DNA of 64,000 nt from Protoeuglena noctilucae (taxonomy: Eukaryota), in contig OY253683.1 of the NCBI GenBank assembly GCA_958009085.1, forward strand, positions 806,001 to 870,000, in the 5' to 3' direction. The translations under genes and the position numbers were made by a program. The notes beneath the pieces were generated by a model. It did not search any database. It was given only the letters and a program-made list of their open reading frames with translations, and had not been told where the DNA came from. The stretch's first letter is position 1. Each line of letters opens with the position of its first letter. Positions 1 through 11,216 of the stretch are shown piece after piece.

Positions 1-35
1 CCTCGTCACCTCCCCGCTCCGTCCCCGCCACGCAG

Positions 36-3000
36 CCGCTCCAGTTCAACGTGCTGGTGACGACGTACGAGTTCGCCATGAACGACCGGTCGCGGCTGTG
101 CCGCGTGGACTGGAAGTACATCATCATCGACGAGGCGCAGCGGATGAAGGACCGCGAGTCGAAGCTGGCCAAGGACCTCGACAGGTTCAAGGCGTCGCGG
201 AGGCTGCTGCTCACGGGTGAGGGCGGGGCAGAGGGCGGGAGCTGCGGGCAGCTGCGGTGGCGGCGCGAGGCGTTTTAGCAAGGACGCTTGTCGCTCTCTC
301 TCCTTCTCTCGTGTTCCCGGAGCTTAGTACTGAATGTTAAGTAGAACACCGCACCGGAGGATAGCATAGCACGGCCCTTGTTCTGACCCAAGAAGGCCCG
401 CCCTCCCGCTGCAGGCACGCCGCTGCAGAACGACCTGCAGGAGCTGTGGGCGCTGCTGAACCTGCTCCTGCCGAACGTGTTCGACGACCGGAACATCTTC
501 ACGGACTGGTTCTCGCACGCCGGCGGGGGCGAGGGGGCCGCGGAGGACAACTGGGTCGAGAAGGAGAAGCGCATCCTGGTCGTGCAGCGGCTGCACCAGA
601 TCCTGGAGCCCTTCATGCTCAGGCGAGCCGGCGCGGACGTTTATGATCCAAATGCAAACCGGCGCGCGGGCGGGCGGGCCGCAGGTCGCGGCCGGGAGCC
701 AGCTGCACTTGGGCCCGCTCCCGGCCCACCCTGCGAGCTTGCAGGTTGTGGGCTCGTCTGGCGGGCCCATTTCCCTTTGCTGCGGCTTTTTAGACATTTT
801 ATTCGTCCACGCGCATCGATTTGAGTCCGCTCGGCCGCTTCTTACGGGATGTTGAGAACAGCGCGTTCTTTGCGTATTTTGGTTTTTTGCAGGCGTCAGG
901 TGGAGGACGTGGAGAAGAAGCTGCCCCCGAAGATTGCCGTGGTCGTCAAGGTCCCGCTCAGCGCCCTGCAGTCGAAGGTCTACGAGTGGGTCCGCGCCAC
1001 GGGTGAGGACTTGGTTGCTTTCGTGCGACGGGGTGCGGGGCCAGGTCAAGACTGATGCGCCTGCGATATATATGCAGCATGTCCCTGTGCGTTTCGCTCG
1101 CAGGGACGCGCCGCTGCGACCCGCTCAGCTACGACTACGAAAAGGCGCAGCGGCACGGCAAGAACTACACGAGCCTGCGGAACCGGTGAGGGTTTCGAGG
1201 CCGTGGGGAGACTTGCGAACCTAGTACTGAGTGTTTTGCTTCTTATAGAGTCAGTTTCAAGTTAAGTTCTCATGATCTTCGCCGGATCTGATCACGAGTG
1301 CCCTCCGCATCGCCTCCCCGCAGTATGGTGGAGCTGCGCAAGATCGTGAACCACCCCCTGCTGTGCTACCCCGACCAGTACGACGTGGAGGCGGTGGGGG
1401 TGGGGCCCAGCATCGTGAGGAGCTGCGGGAAGTTCTGGGTGCTCGACCGGCTGCTGGTGAGAGCTGCTTAGTTGGACGTGGTGTTAGTACGACGTTAATA
1501 TCGTCATCATCATGCTACCATCGTCACTTTCGATGAGGGCAACATAGATCATCATTAATCGCTATTCTGTCCCAGGTCAAGTTCTTCAAGACGGGCCACC
1601 GCGTGCTCCTCTTCACCACCATGACCAGCGTGAGTGTGCTTGTCGCGTCTTTGTTATTACGCATTGATGTGTAGCGTTCTTCAGCTATGTTTGCGATCGA
1701 GTACTGCCATCTAACTGTTACCATACTTACCATATCAATCATATTACTTTCATATTCGCAGTTACTGGACGCGATCGAGTATTACCTCAAGTGGCGCCGC
1801 GTGGACGGGCGCTCCATGCGCTACCGGCGCCTCGACGGCGGCACGGCTTTGGAGTCCCGCGAAGATTCCATCAAGGCGTTCAACGCCCCCGATTCCGACA
1901 TCTTCATATTCCTGCTTTCCATCCGTGCGGCCGGGAGGGGCCTCAACTTGCAGACGGCTGATACGGTCATTATCTACGACCCCGACCCCAACCCCAAGAA
2001 CGAGGAGCAGGCCATCGCCCGGTCGCACCGGTGAGTCATGAGTGATGAAATATGGTTTTTTTAATACTATATTGATTGGTAGATATCTAAGAACCAGGAG
2101 CAGGCCATCGCCAGGTCGCACCGGTGTATGCTAGGATATCAATAATTAATCAGTTATTCATCATGGATATAATTTTATTCTGCTCCCTGTCCCACCCACC
2201 CCCCGCAGCATCGGCCAGACGAAGGAGGTGCGCGTGGTGCATTTGGAGGCGGTGAGTGACAAGTCGAGGTTCCAACACGTCATCGACACGTATGGCGGGC
2301 CGGCAGCCACGGGGCAGGGGATCATGGGTGAGTTTTATCACCCATGTGTGGTTGTGTGGTTGTTACAATGGCATCGTAGCTTGCTTGTGTGATGCATGAG
2401 GGAATGGCAACCAGCCATTATGGCAGGGAATACTTTGTGAGAGGCGATTTGTAATTAATAGAGTCTTTTGTATTTCGTTGTTTCGCAGCGTTGGATTTCG
2501 AGCAGGGCAAGGGTCTGCCAGAGAAAGGGGCGGAGGGGCCAAAGGCCGAGGGTGGGGTGGGGACGGGTGGGGCGGGAGATGTGGTGGTGCAATGGGAGGG
2601 CGGGAATGGGGTGAAAGAGGGAGACGGGGCAAAGGGGGAGGGCGGGGAGGGGGCAGGAGATGGTGTGAAGGCTGAGGGTGGTGGGGATGGGCAGGAAGCA
2701 GAGGGTGGGGAGGGGGCGAGTGGGGCGGGAGCTGAGGGTGTGAAAGCAGAGGGTGGGGAGGGGGCGGGAGATGGGGCGAAAGAGGGGGATGGGTTGAAAG
2801 CGGAGGGTGGGGGTGGGGCAAAGGCAGAGGCGGGGGATGGTGTGAAAGAGGGAGATGGGGCGCAGGTTGGGGGTGATGAGGGGGCAAAAGAGGGGGATGG
2901 GATAAAGGTTGAGGGTGGGGCGGGTGTGAAAGAGGGAGATGAGGTGAAAACTGATGGTGGGGATGCTGTGAAAGAGGAGGGTGGGGTGGACGTTGAGGGT

Positions 3001-6000
3001 GGGAACAGGGCGAAGGTTAAGGGTGGTGAGGGGGCGAAGGTTAAGGGTGGTGAGGGGGTGAAAGAGGGGGATGGGGATAGGGCAAAGGGGGCAGCAGATG
3101 GGGGTGTGAAGGCAGAAGGTGGTGGGGGGGAAAGGGCGAATGGGGCAGTAGATGGGGCAGTGAAGGGGGATGGGGATGTGGAGATGGGTGAGGGGGAGGG
3201 AATGAGGGAGGGCGAGCCAAAGGGTTTGACGGAGGTGGGGATCGAAGGGGAGACGCAGAAAAGGGGCGAGGTGGAGGTGGGGATTGAAGGGGCGACCGAG
3301 CTGGCTGGGGGCGGGGAAGGGAGGGGTGGCGTGGTTGGGAAGAGTGGTGGGGAAGGGCAGGAAGTGGATAAGGATGGGGCAATTGCTGCGATTGCGGATA
3401 AGGTAGCGGTGGCTGATATGGGTGGGGAGGGGGCTGTGGCAGTCGGGGATAAGGGAGCGGTGGTGGGTGGGGGTGTGGTGGGGGAGGGGAGTGAGATGGG
3501 TGGTGCAGGTGTAGGTGTGGGTGCAGGTGTGGGTGAGGGTGAGGGTGGCAGTGCGAGGGATGGAGGTGTGGGTGAGGGGATGGAGGTGGATGGGGATGGG
3601 GATGGCGTGGCAAAGGGGGCGGATGGGGTGGGTGGGGATGCGGGGAATGGGGCAGGGAGCGGGGTTGGGGAGAGTGCAGTGGGTGGGGCAGCGAGGGGGG
3701 GTGATGAGGAGGGGATGGGTGCGGGTGCGGTGGGGGTGGTGGGGGTGGGTGAGAGTAAAGAGGGGGGTGCGAGAGAGGGTGGGGAGGGTATTGCTAATGG
3801 GGCAGATGTGGTGGGTGCAAAAGAGGAGGGTGGAGTGGGGAAGGTGGTTGTGGGTGGGGGAGAGGGTGGGAGGGGCGATCGGGTGGGGTTGGTGACGGGG
3901 GTGACGGGGGATGGGGATGTGGAGATGGGGGATTCGAAAGCTGTCGCGGCGAATGCTGATAAGCCAAATTCAGATATGGGTGATAAGGGAGCGGCAGGTG
4001 GGAGTGCTGGGGAGGGTGGGGAAGGGACGGTGGTGGGTGAGGGTGTGGTGGGTGTGGGTGAGGGTGCGAGAGAGAGTGAGAGGGTAGGTGGGGGAGAGGG
4101 GGATGTGGAGATGAAAGCGGGTGGCAGCGAGGGTGGCAGTGCGGGTGCGGGTGGCAGTGCGGGTGCAGGTGGGGGTGGCAGTGGGGAGGGTGGGAGTGGT
4201 GCTGCGAAGGGAGTGGGAGATGGGGTGCAGGTGGCTGAGGGTGGATTAGGGGACAAGCGAGGGGAGGGAGGGGCGAAGGAGGGTGGGAGTGGCGGTGCGG
4301 GTGGGAGTGGTGCGGGTGTGAAAGAGGGCGGGAGTGGCAGTGGGGGTGCGGGTAGGAGTGGGGCGGGTGTGAGAGAGGGAGAGGGGGCGAGAGAGGAGGC
4401 TAGGCGGACGGAAGAGAGCAAAGCGACGTACGAGGTGAGAGAAAGGAGGGGTGTGTGAGCGATTGTGCCACTTTTCATACAGTATCTAATCTTATGGTGC
4501 TGGTCACCACCGTTTATTGTTATCTGATGTTATGCTGACATCAAAGTCTAGTTAGAGTCATAGTTACTGGTATCGTCAACTAATAATACTATTTTCCCCA
4601 TAATCCCCAGTTCCGCGAGATCACCGTCAAGGACGTGCACGTGGAGGGCGACCCCGGGGAGCCGATTGGGGGATCGAATCGCGACTATGTCGACAGCGTG
4701 GAGAGCATCGTCCGCAATTACGTCCAGAAGGGAAAGATCGAGTTGGCCGCCGAGGTCATTGACGCCGGGAGGTTCGACACGATCGCCAGCAACGAGGACC
4801 GGCGCATGACGCTGGTGAGTAATTGGTGATAATGTATAATGATAATTGTAGTGGATTCTGTTCTAGCTAAAGTCATTGTTGTCTTGATGGTGGCCAGCAA
4901 CGAGGACCGGCGCATAACGCTGGTGTGAGTGGTCGATGGAGGTACTACTTACGACAATTAAGTTGACAGTCATAGCCATCAAAATTGACTGATCATCTCC
5001 ATCGCAGGAGCAACTGCTTAATAGCGCGGCCCGGCAGATGATCCCCACGCGCGACGTCCCATCTCTGAAACAGCTGAACCGCATGGTGGCACGGACGCCG
5101 CAAGAAGTGGAGCTCTTCGGTGAGTTATAGCTGATAATTAATTGATATGTATTAGTAAATATTGAACTGTCATGGTGGCCAGGACGCCAAAGGACCCCAG
5201 GAGGTGGAGCTGTTCGGTGAGTTATACAGGTCGAGTATTGTTCAAGTTATAACAGTTATTACTAGTTACTGCTCTGTCACTTGACAGCCACTTTTATAAT
5301 TAGAGTTAAAGTGATGACTGTCAATCCCAGCTATTATTAAATAACTGTTACATCTCCGTACCGCAGACAAGTGGGACGAGGAGCTGGAGTGGCCGGGGGC
5401 ACTGATGGCCGAGGACGAGCTGCCCACGGCGGTGAGCATTGCGAAATGTGATGGTTAATCTATAATAAAAATAAGATGTAACTATTTACAACGGCATCCA
5501 CTGCCCCCTCCAGGCCCCCTTCGTGCTGTTCGAGCAGCACGACATGGTCAACATATACTATCAATACTAATATTAATACTAATAATCCCATATTATTCCC
5601 TCTTATCACAGGCCCCTTTCGTGCTGTTCGAGGAGCACGACATGGTCAACGCCATCCGCGCCCACGCCCCCCTCCCCCGCCGCAACCCCCGCCCCGCCCA
5701 GGCGCCCGGGGCCATCCGCCCACTGCCGCGACCGAAGGATTCGAAGCCGAAACGTCCGGGGCAGTTGGGGGGGGCGAAGAAGGGGGGGGCGAAGGGGGAG
5801 GGGGAGGGCGGGGCGTTTGGTGGGTTCTTAGGGGGGGCGGGGATGGAGGTGAGGGGGTGGGATGGTGGATGGGGTGGTATTGGTAATGGGTTGGAGATGG
5901 GTTGTTTGGCGTAGCAATTATCGCTATCATTGACGTAAGTTATAATTGATTATAATTATTGCAATTATTGTAACTGATTACTGCAGTTATCTTAATTATT

Positions 6001-8191
6001 GTAATTTTAATTATTGTAAGTATTATTAATTATAATTAATTTTTACAATCTCTCTCACCATTTCCCCTTCAGGTGGAGATGCTGGACGCGGCCAATCTGG
6101 CGGACGCGGTGGTGGCGGGGATGAGCCGGCCGACCGAGGACGAGAGGAAGGCGCAGGTGATGGTTGTGATGGTAATAGTTACAATTATAGATATCGATAT
6201 AGAGAATACCCCTCTATATGGATGATCCACAAAACTCCGCATTTTTTTACCCCAGAAGCGCAAGCACGTGTTGGACGCCACCCCCGCCGAGGCCCAGCGG
6301 CAGAGCAAGCGCGCGAACGTGGCAGAGCAGAGGGCAGCGGTGGACGCCAAAGTGCAAGCGGAGAGAGACAAGGTCCGGGCGAGGGAGGAGGCCATGAGGG
6401 AGGCGCAGAGGAGAGAAGAAGAGAGGAGGGCGGCCAGGGTGAGTTGCAGTAAGTGAAGTTTGTTCGGTATAAGTGGGGTAGGGTGCAGCGGAGCTTCGCT
6501 AGCGCCAGTGGAATGTGCGTATATATAATTTTTGCTATTACTACTATCTTATCATGTAATCCTTCCATTCCCTCTCTCAGGCCGACCAGCCAGCCGCCGA
6601 GGAGGAGGTGGCCTGGGACGAGGGGTTTCTGGCGGCGGCCGCGCCAGAATCCAGCTCCGAGAGCAGCTCGGAAAGCAGCTCCGAGTCGAGCAGCGGTGAG
6701 TGGGGATATGTTGTTTTATACATTTCGATTGTAACTAGTATGACGGTGTTATGAATATGGATGGTTGAGCTCCAAGAGCAGCTCCGAGTCGAGCAGCGGT
6801 AAGACGGTTGGGGTTGAAATAATTGTGAATATTACATATAATTTGTACCTTATTGTTCATTAATTTTTTATATTCTGATAATTTTGTGCTCTGTAAAATG
6901 ATATTAAATATTATTTTATGTATCTAAAAAAATTAATGAACCCCTTCGCTCACCCTATTCTGCAGGTCTCGGGGACGTGGTGTTGGAGGAGGAAGGGGAA
7001 GGAGATGGGGAGCCGGGCACCGTCAGCGTGGAGAGGGCGGGGAGCGACAGCGGGAGCGACGCAGGGGGGGGGTGAGGGGGGTTGGGGGTATGGAACCTTG
7101 ATAGTATTTCGTAATTTATCGTGTTTATATCTCCTATTCATGGGTCGTAATATGTTGGTGTGTACAAGATGTACGCGACGCTGGGCAGTGAATATTGTTA
7201 TTATTGTTATTATTGTAGTTTTATATACAATGCCGTTTGTATCATTATCGTTCTCTCGCTCACCCTCGCAGTCCCCCCGTTGCGGCGGGGGAGGGTGGGG
7301 CATGGGATGAGGCTTTGGGTGAAGAGGAGATGGGGGGCGGTATGGGGGATAACGATGACGAGGGGGGTATGGTTGATAACAATAATGATATATCAGATGA
7401 TGAGGATGATGGTGATGATCGGGAGAGGGGGGGGGGAGGGGGTGGATGGGGGGAGTGAGGGGGATGAGGAGATGGGAGGGGCGGTGGGGGTGGGGAGTGA
7501 GGGGGGGAGTGATGTAGATGAAGAGATAAGGGGTGGGGATGGGGAGAGTGATGGGGATGATGAGATAAGGGGGGGAGAGGGGGAGAGCGAGGGAGGGAGT
7601 GAGGGGGAGGAGATTGGGGGTGGGGAGGGGTGGGAGGAGGAGGTGGGGGGAGAGGTGGAGGGAGGGGTGGAGATAGGTGAGAGGGGGGGGTGGGGGGGGG
7701 ATGATGAATGGACGGTGCTTTCATGACAGTTTGTGTTGATATGAATGACTGGGTTGTGTAATTGGCGTCTGCTGCATCGGTCGTTTGCTACCAAATGAAT
7801 GCTTGATTGCACTATGACTTACTTTAACTAATTACCATATCAATTGCCCATCATTAATAATTGATTATCGATCGTCATTGCCCGCGCAGGCGATTTCGGT
7901 GGCTGCGCTCCCCCCCTGCCATTGGCGGATGTGGGGGGGGAGGGGGAGGGTTATGGGTTTGAAATGGAGGGAGAAGCTGCGGGTGAATTTGAAACGGGGG
8001 AATATGAGGATGGGGAGGGGGATGAGGATGAAGGGGATGGGGGGGGTGAGGAGGGGGGTGTGGGGTATGTGGGGGTTGAGGGGGAGGGGTATGAGGTGGT
8101 GGGGGGAGAGGGAGAGGGGCAAGAGGGGGATGTGGAGTTTGAATTTGATGAGGGCGGGGAGGATGGGGAGGGGGATGAGGGGATGGAGTGA
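36..8191 (+). CDS. BRM: BRAHMA-like SWI2/SNF2 chromatin-remodelling ATPase (5' end upstream of window; multi-exon)
   Basis: Spliced exons give [135 protein letters not shown] and [20 protein letters not shown] and [12 protein letters not shown] are characteristic of plant BRM. The acidic 3' exons are less certain. Confidence 0.9.
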
Positions 8192-8242
8192 GGGTGTGGG
8201 TGGTGGCGCGGCGTGCGTGTTTGTGAGGTGGCTTGCCAAGCA

Positions 8243-8247
8243 TGTAA
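8243..8247 (+). promoter_or_regulatory. TGTAA chlorophyte-type polyadenylation signal (BRM); similar signals at 8421-8425 on the minus strand (DET2) and 21443-21447
   Basis: TGTAA lies a short distance downstream of the predicted stop codons. UGUAA is the established chlorophyte polyA signal. Confidence 0.5.
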
Positions 8248-8548
8248 CCAGTGCGTTAGTAACTGCGTTACTGATTTTCGCTTAATAGCTCTCGGTAGCT
8301 CCTGTGTGGGTCGGGAGTGTTGGATTGTACGTGCTGCAATGTCACTGAAAGGCAAGGCCAGGCACAGGGCTTTGAAATGCTGCTTTACTGGCGAATAAAG
8401 TTAAGACCTTTCAAATCGTGTTACAACAGAGCGTCTGTACACGCAACATCTGCATTTGATATCATAACCGATAACACACACCCACGCTGGCCGGGCGTCC
8501 TGAAAGCCCCCCACAGCACATTCCCACCCCACATCACGTCCCGCCTCC

Positions 8549-10414
8549 TCACAGCACGAACGGCACCAGCGCCTTTCGATCCTTCGGATAGGTCTCTTTG
8601 AACTTGCTCAGGTACCACTGATGGTGGTGGAGGGCGCGTGGTCCGATGTTGGCCCACGTGAAGAGGGAGAAGGTGACGGCGGGGAGGGAGAGACCTGTGT
8701 AAAGGGGATGAGGGGTGAAATGGTGGGTGATGGTGGGTGATGGTGGCCCAGGTGAAGAGGGAGAAGGTCACAGCTGGCAGGGAGAGACCTGGGAATGAAG
8801 TGGTGGGGTATGCGTGCGTTAAGAGACAAACAAGGATTAAGACAACTCTCCCCTCACCGGCCGCCCATACATACGAAGACCCATACCCCCGTCTCACCCG
8901 TGGCCACCGCGTACCCCGTCCACTCCACGCACTCCCCGAAGAAGTTTGCGCCAGAAACGTACTCGAACATCCCTCCCCGGGGGATCTTGTACCCGTCCCC
9001 CGGCAGGCGGCGCAGGCGGCGCAGGATGGCGTCGGAATGGAGGTTCACAAGCAGGCCGGAGAGCCACAGCACGAAACTGCAGGGGAGGGGGGGTGGCGGT
9101 AAGTGAGTAGTACAGAAGCTGTGAGGTGGAGTGAGTGCAAGGGGGCTGTTGGGCACCAAAAGCACCACCATATGTATTGCCAGTACTAACACCGTTCAGC
9201 ATGGCAGCATTGGCAATCCGCAACATAAACCCCGCCCTAACCCCGCCATACCCCTACCCATGCCTCCTCACCCCCCAACGAGCGCCTCCGTCGACACCTT
9301 GAACGGCGTGGTGAGCAGGGTGCCCTGCAGGTATCCGTTATACACACAGAACGACACACTCATTGCCCAAATGGATACGGGCATGGGGCGGCTGCTGGGG
9401 TTCATGAGGAGGGGGTAGACGATGCTGCGCTGGACGTAGTGGCCCAGGAACATGCACGCGAGGAACCTGGGGGTGTGATGGGGAGAGATAGAGATAAGAT
9501 AAGATAAGATGCCGATGGAAAGTTGGTGTGTGGTACGTTGCTGCGAAAGCGTGCGGTTGGGACGCTGTCCCTTCGCTCATCTAATAAGCAAACGGTCATG
9601 ATAATCTGATTCTTATTCGATACTAATGCACCGACGCAGCATATCATAGCGACAACCCTGTCTGCGCTCACTTGTGGGTCCAGGGGAGGTCGAGGCCCTG
9701 GAAAGCAACGCGGTGGGCGATCATGCCGAGCGGGATGACCAGGGACCAGATCTCCTGCGATTGCAAATCGGTAGGTTTAGTTGTAATGAAGAACAATTGC
9801 AAATAACAAGGATCGATGGGGGACCGCTCGATGGCATGGGACGGCGCAGCGACATTTCCTCTCAAACATCGCCATATGTTATCCTCCAAACCTCGTGCAT
9901 CCTTCACCTGAGAGAACCACGCAAGGCGCGCGTCCATGTCGATGCCCCAGCCCTGGCGGTGGTGCTTGCCGTACGGGGCCGTGATGCCGAGGCATAACGC
10001 CACGCACGCCGCTGCGGGCGAGGCGCGGAGTAGGGCGCAATCGACTCATTGTGCCTATTAGTAGGCAATCATCACTACGATTGAAACTCATGCCACTCAC
10101 CGACGCCGGAGAGCATCAGGATGTAGCAGAGGGCGGAGAAGGTGGGCGTGTACTGCAATGGGGAACTCAATTATGCTACGGTTATGTCCGATTTGCACAG
10201 TAGGTCAACAAGCAGACATCGCGTTGCCGGTGCAGTCAAAGGGGAGAGGAGCGGAGCGACGGGGCTGCGGAATGTTTGCGGTGAGCCGCGTGGCTCCTCC
10301 CGCCAGCCGATGGCGGAGACAGCAAACACGTCGACGTAACGACAGCAGACTCACCAGCGGGTGAAGGGTGGCGAGCCGCTCGAGGAGCGTCTGGACCGCT
10401 CTCGGCGCTGCCAT
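8549..10414 (-). CDS. DET2: Steroid 5-alpha-reductase (DET2/SRD5A family)
   Basis: Exons encode ITAPYGKH..ARLAWFSQE, FLGHYVQRSIVYP, FCVYNGYLQG, NLHSDAILRRLRRLPGDGYKIPRGGMFEYVSGANFFGECVEWTGYA and NIGPRALHHHQWYLSKFKETYPKDRKALVPFVL*. Confidence 0.92.
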
Positions 10415-11216
10415 CGTGGCCAAGTAACACGGGGGCGCGGATGAGGGAAAAACAGAGCGCACGCGGCGCGGAGGACAGCTCCGATTGGTGCTAAGTACCA
10501 CTACCAAACGGCAGTGTCACTGAGCAGGGCCCTAGTCGAGGAACCGGCCTGTGGGCCTCCTTAGATGGAGCGAGGAGCAGCGAGCAAGGGACAAGCGACG
10601 ATTCCCGGACCGCAGTGCCATGCGATGGACGTGCGTATTGCGCACGTGCGAGGGTGAGGGCTGCATTGATCGGGGCCGCGCAGGCCACACAGAAATCCCC
10701 TGGCGCCGCACCGCCAGACCAGAGCCCCGCTGGTCCGCACGAGTCGCCATCCGCCCGCAACTCCGACGGCATGGGCAGATCGGCGCCTCCGGCGTCGCAG
10801 GAGCCGAGCCCAGAGCCAGCAGTCGCTTCTGTTAGCAGTCTCTTGTTCAGGAGCCCCGCTACCCCTTTCCAGGCCCCGCGATCGGCTAGGTAAGGCTAGC
10901 GCACGCAGCATCAACGCAGTACCACGGCCGCTTCCCATCCGATGACCCGCCTTCGATCCCCGAGCGCCGATGGCGGGGCAGTGTTTGTCGCCTCGCTTTG
11001 CCCGGCCGCGCAGCGCGCGTCTCCGCCGTCGCGACGACGGTCATCCCTTCCATTGTTATGTTCAACTGCTGCGATGCTCTGACGTGGTCCTCGGCGGCCC
11101 CCTCGCCCACGTTGCCCTCCCTCGTGACCGCAGCGCCCGCTTCCCGGACCGTTCCGGCGGCTTTCGCCCTGCAGGCCCTAGCCGGGCGCTTTCTATCTCT
11201 TCATTGCTTGATTTGG

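Noticed and set aside
2418..4478. 686-aa Pro/Ser-rich minus-strand ORF (extensin-like) and similar antisense ORFs (16856-18100, 59288-60274)
   Set aside because: These are mirror images of G-rich sense exons. Stop codons are scarce because of composition, and there is no independent gene structure.
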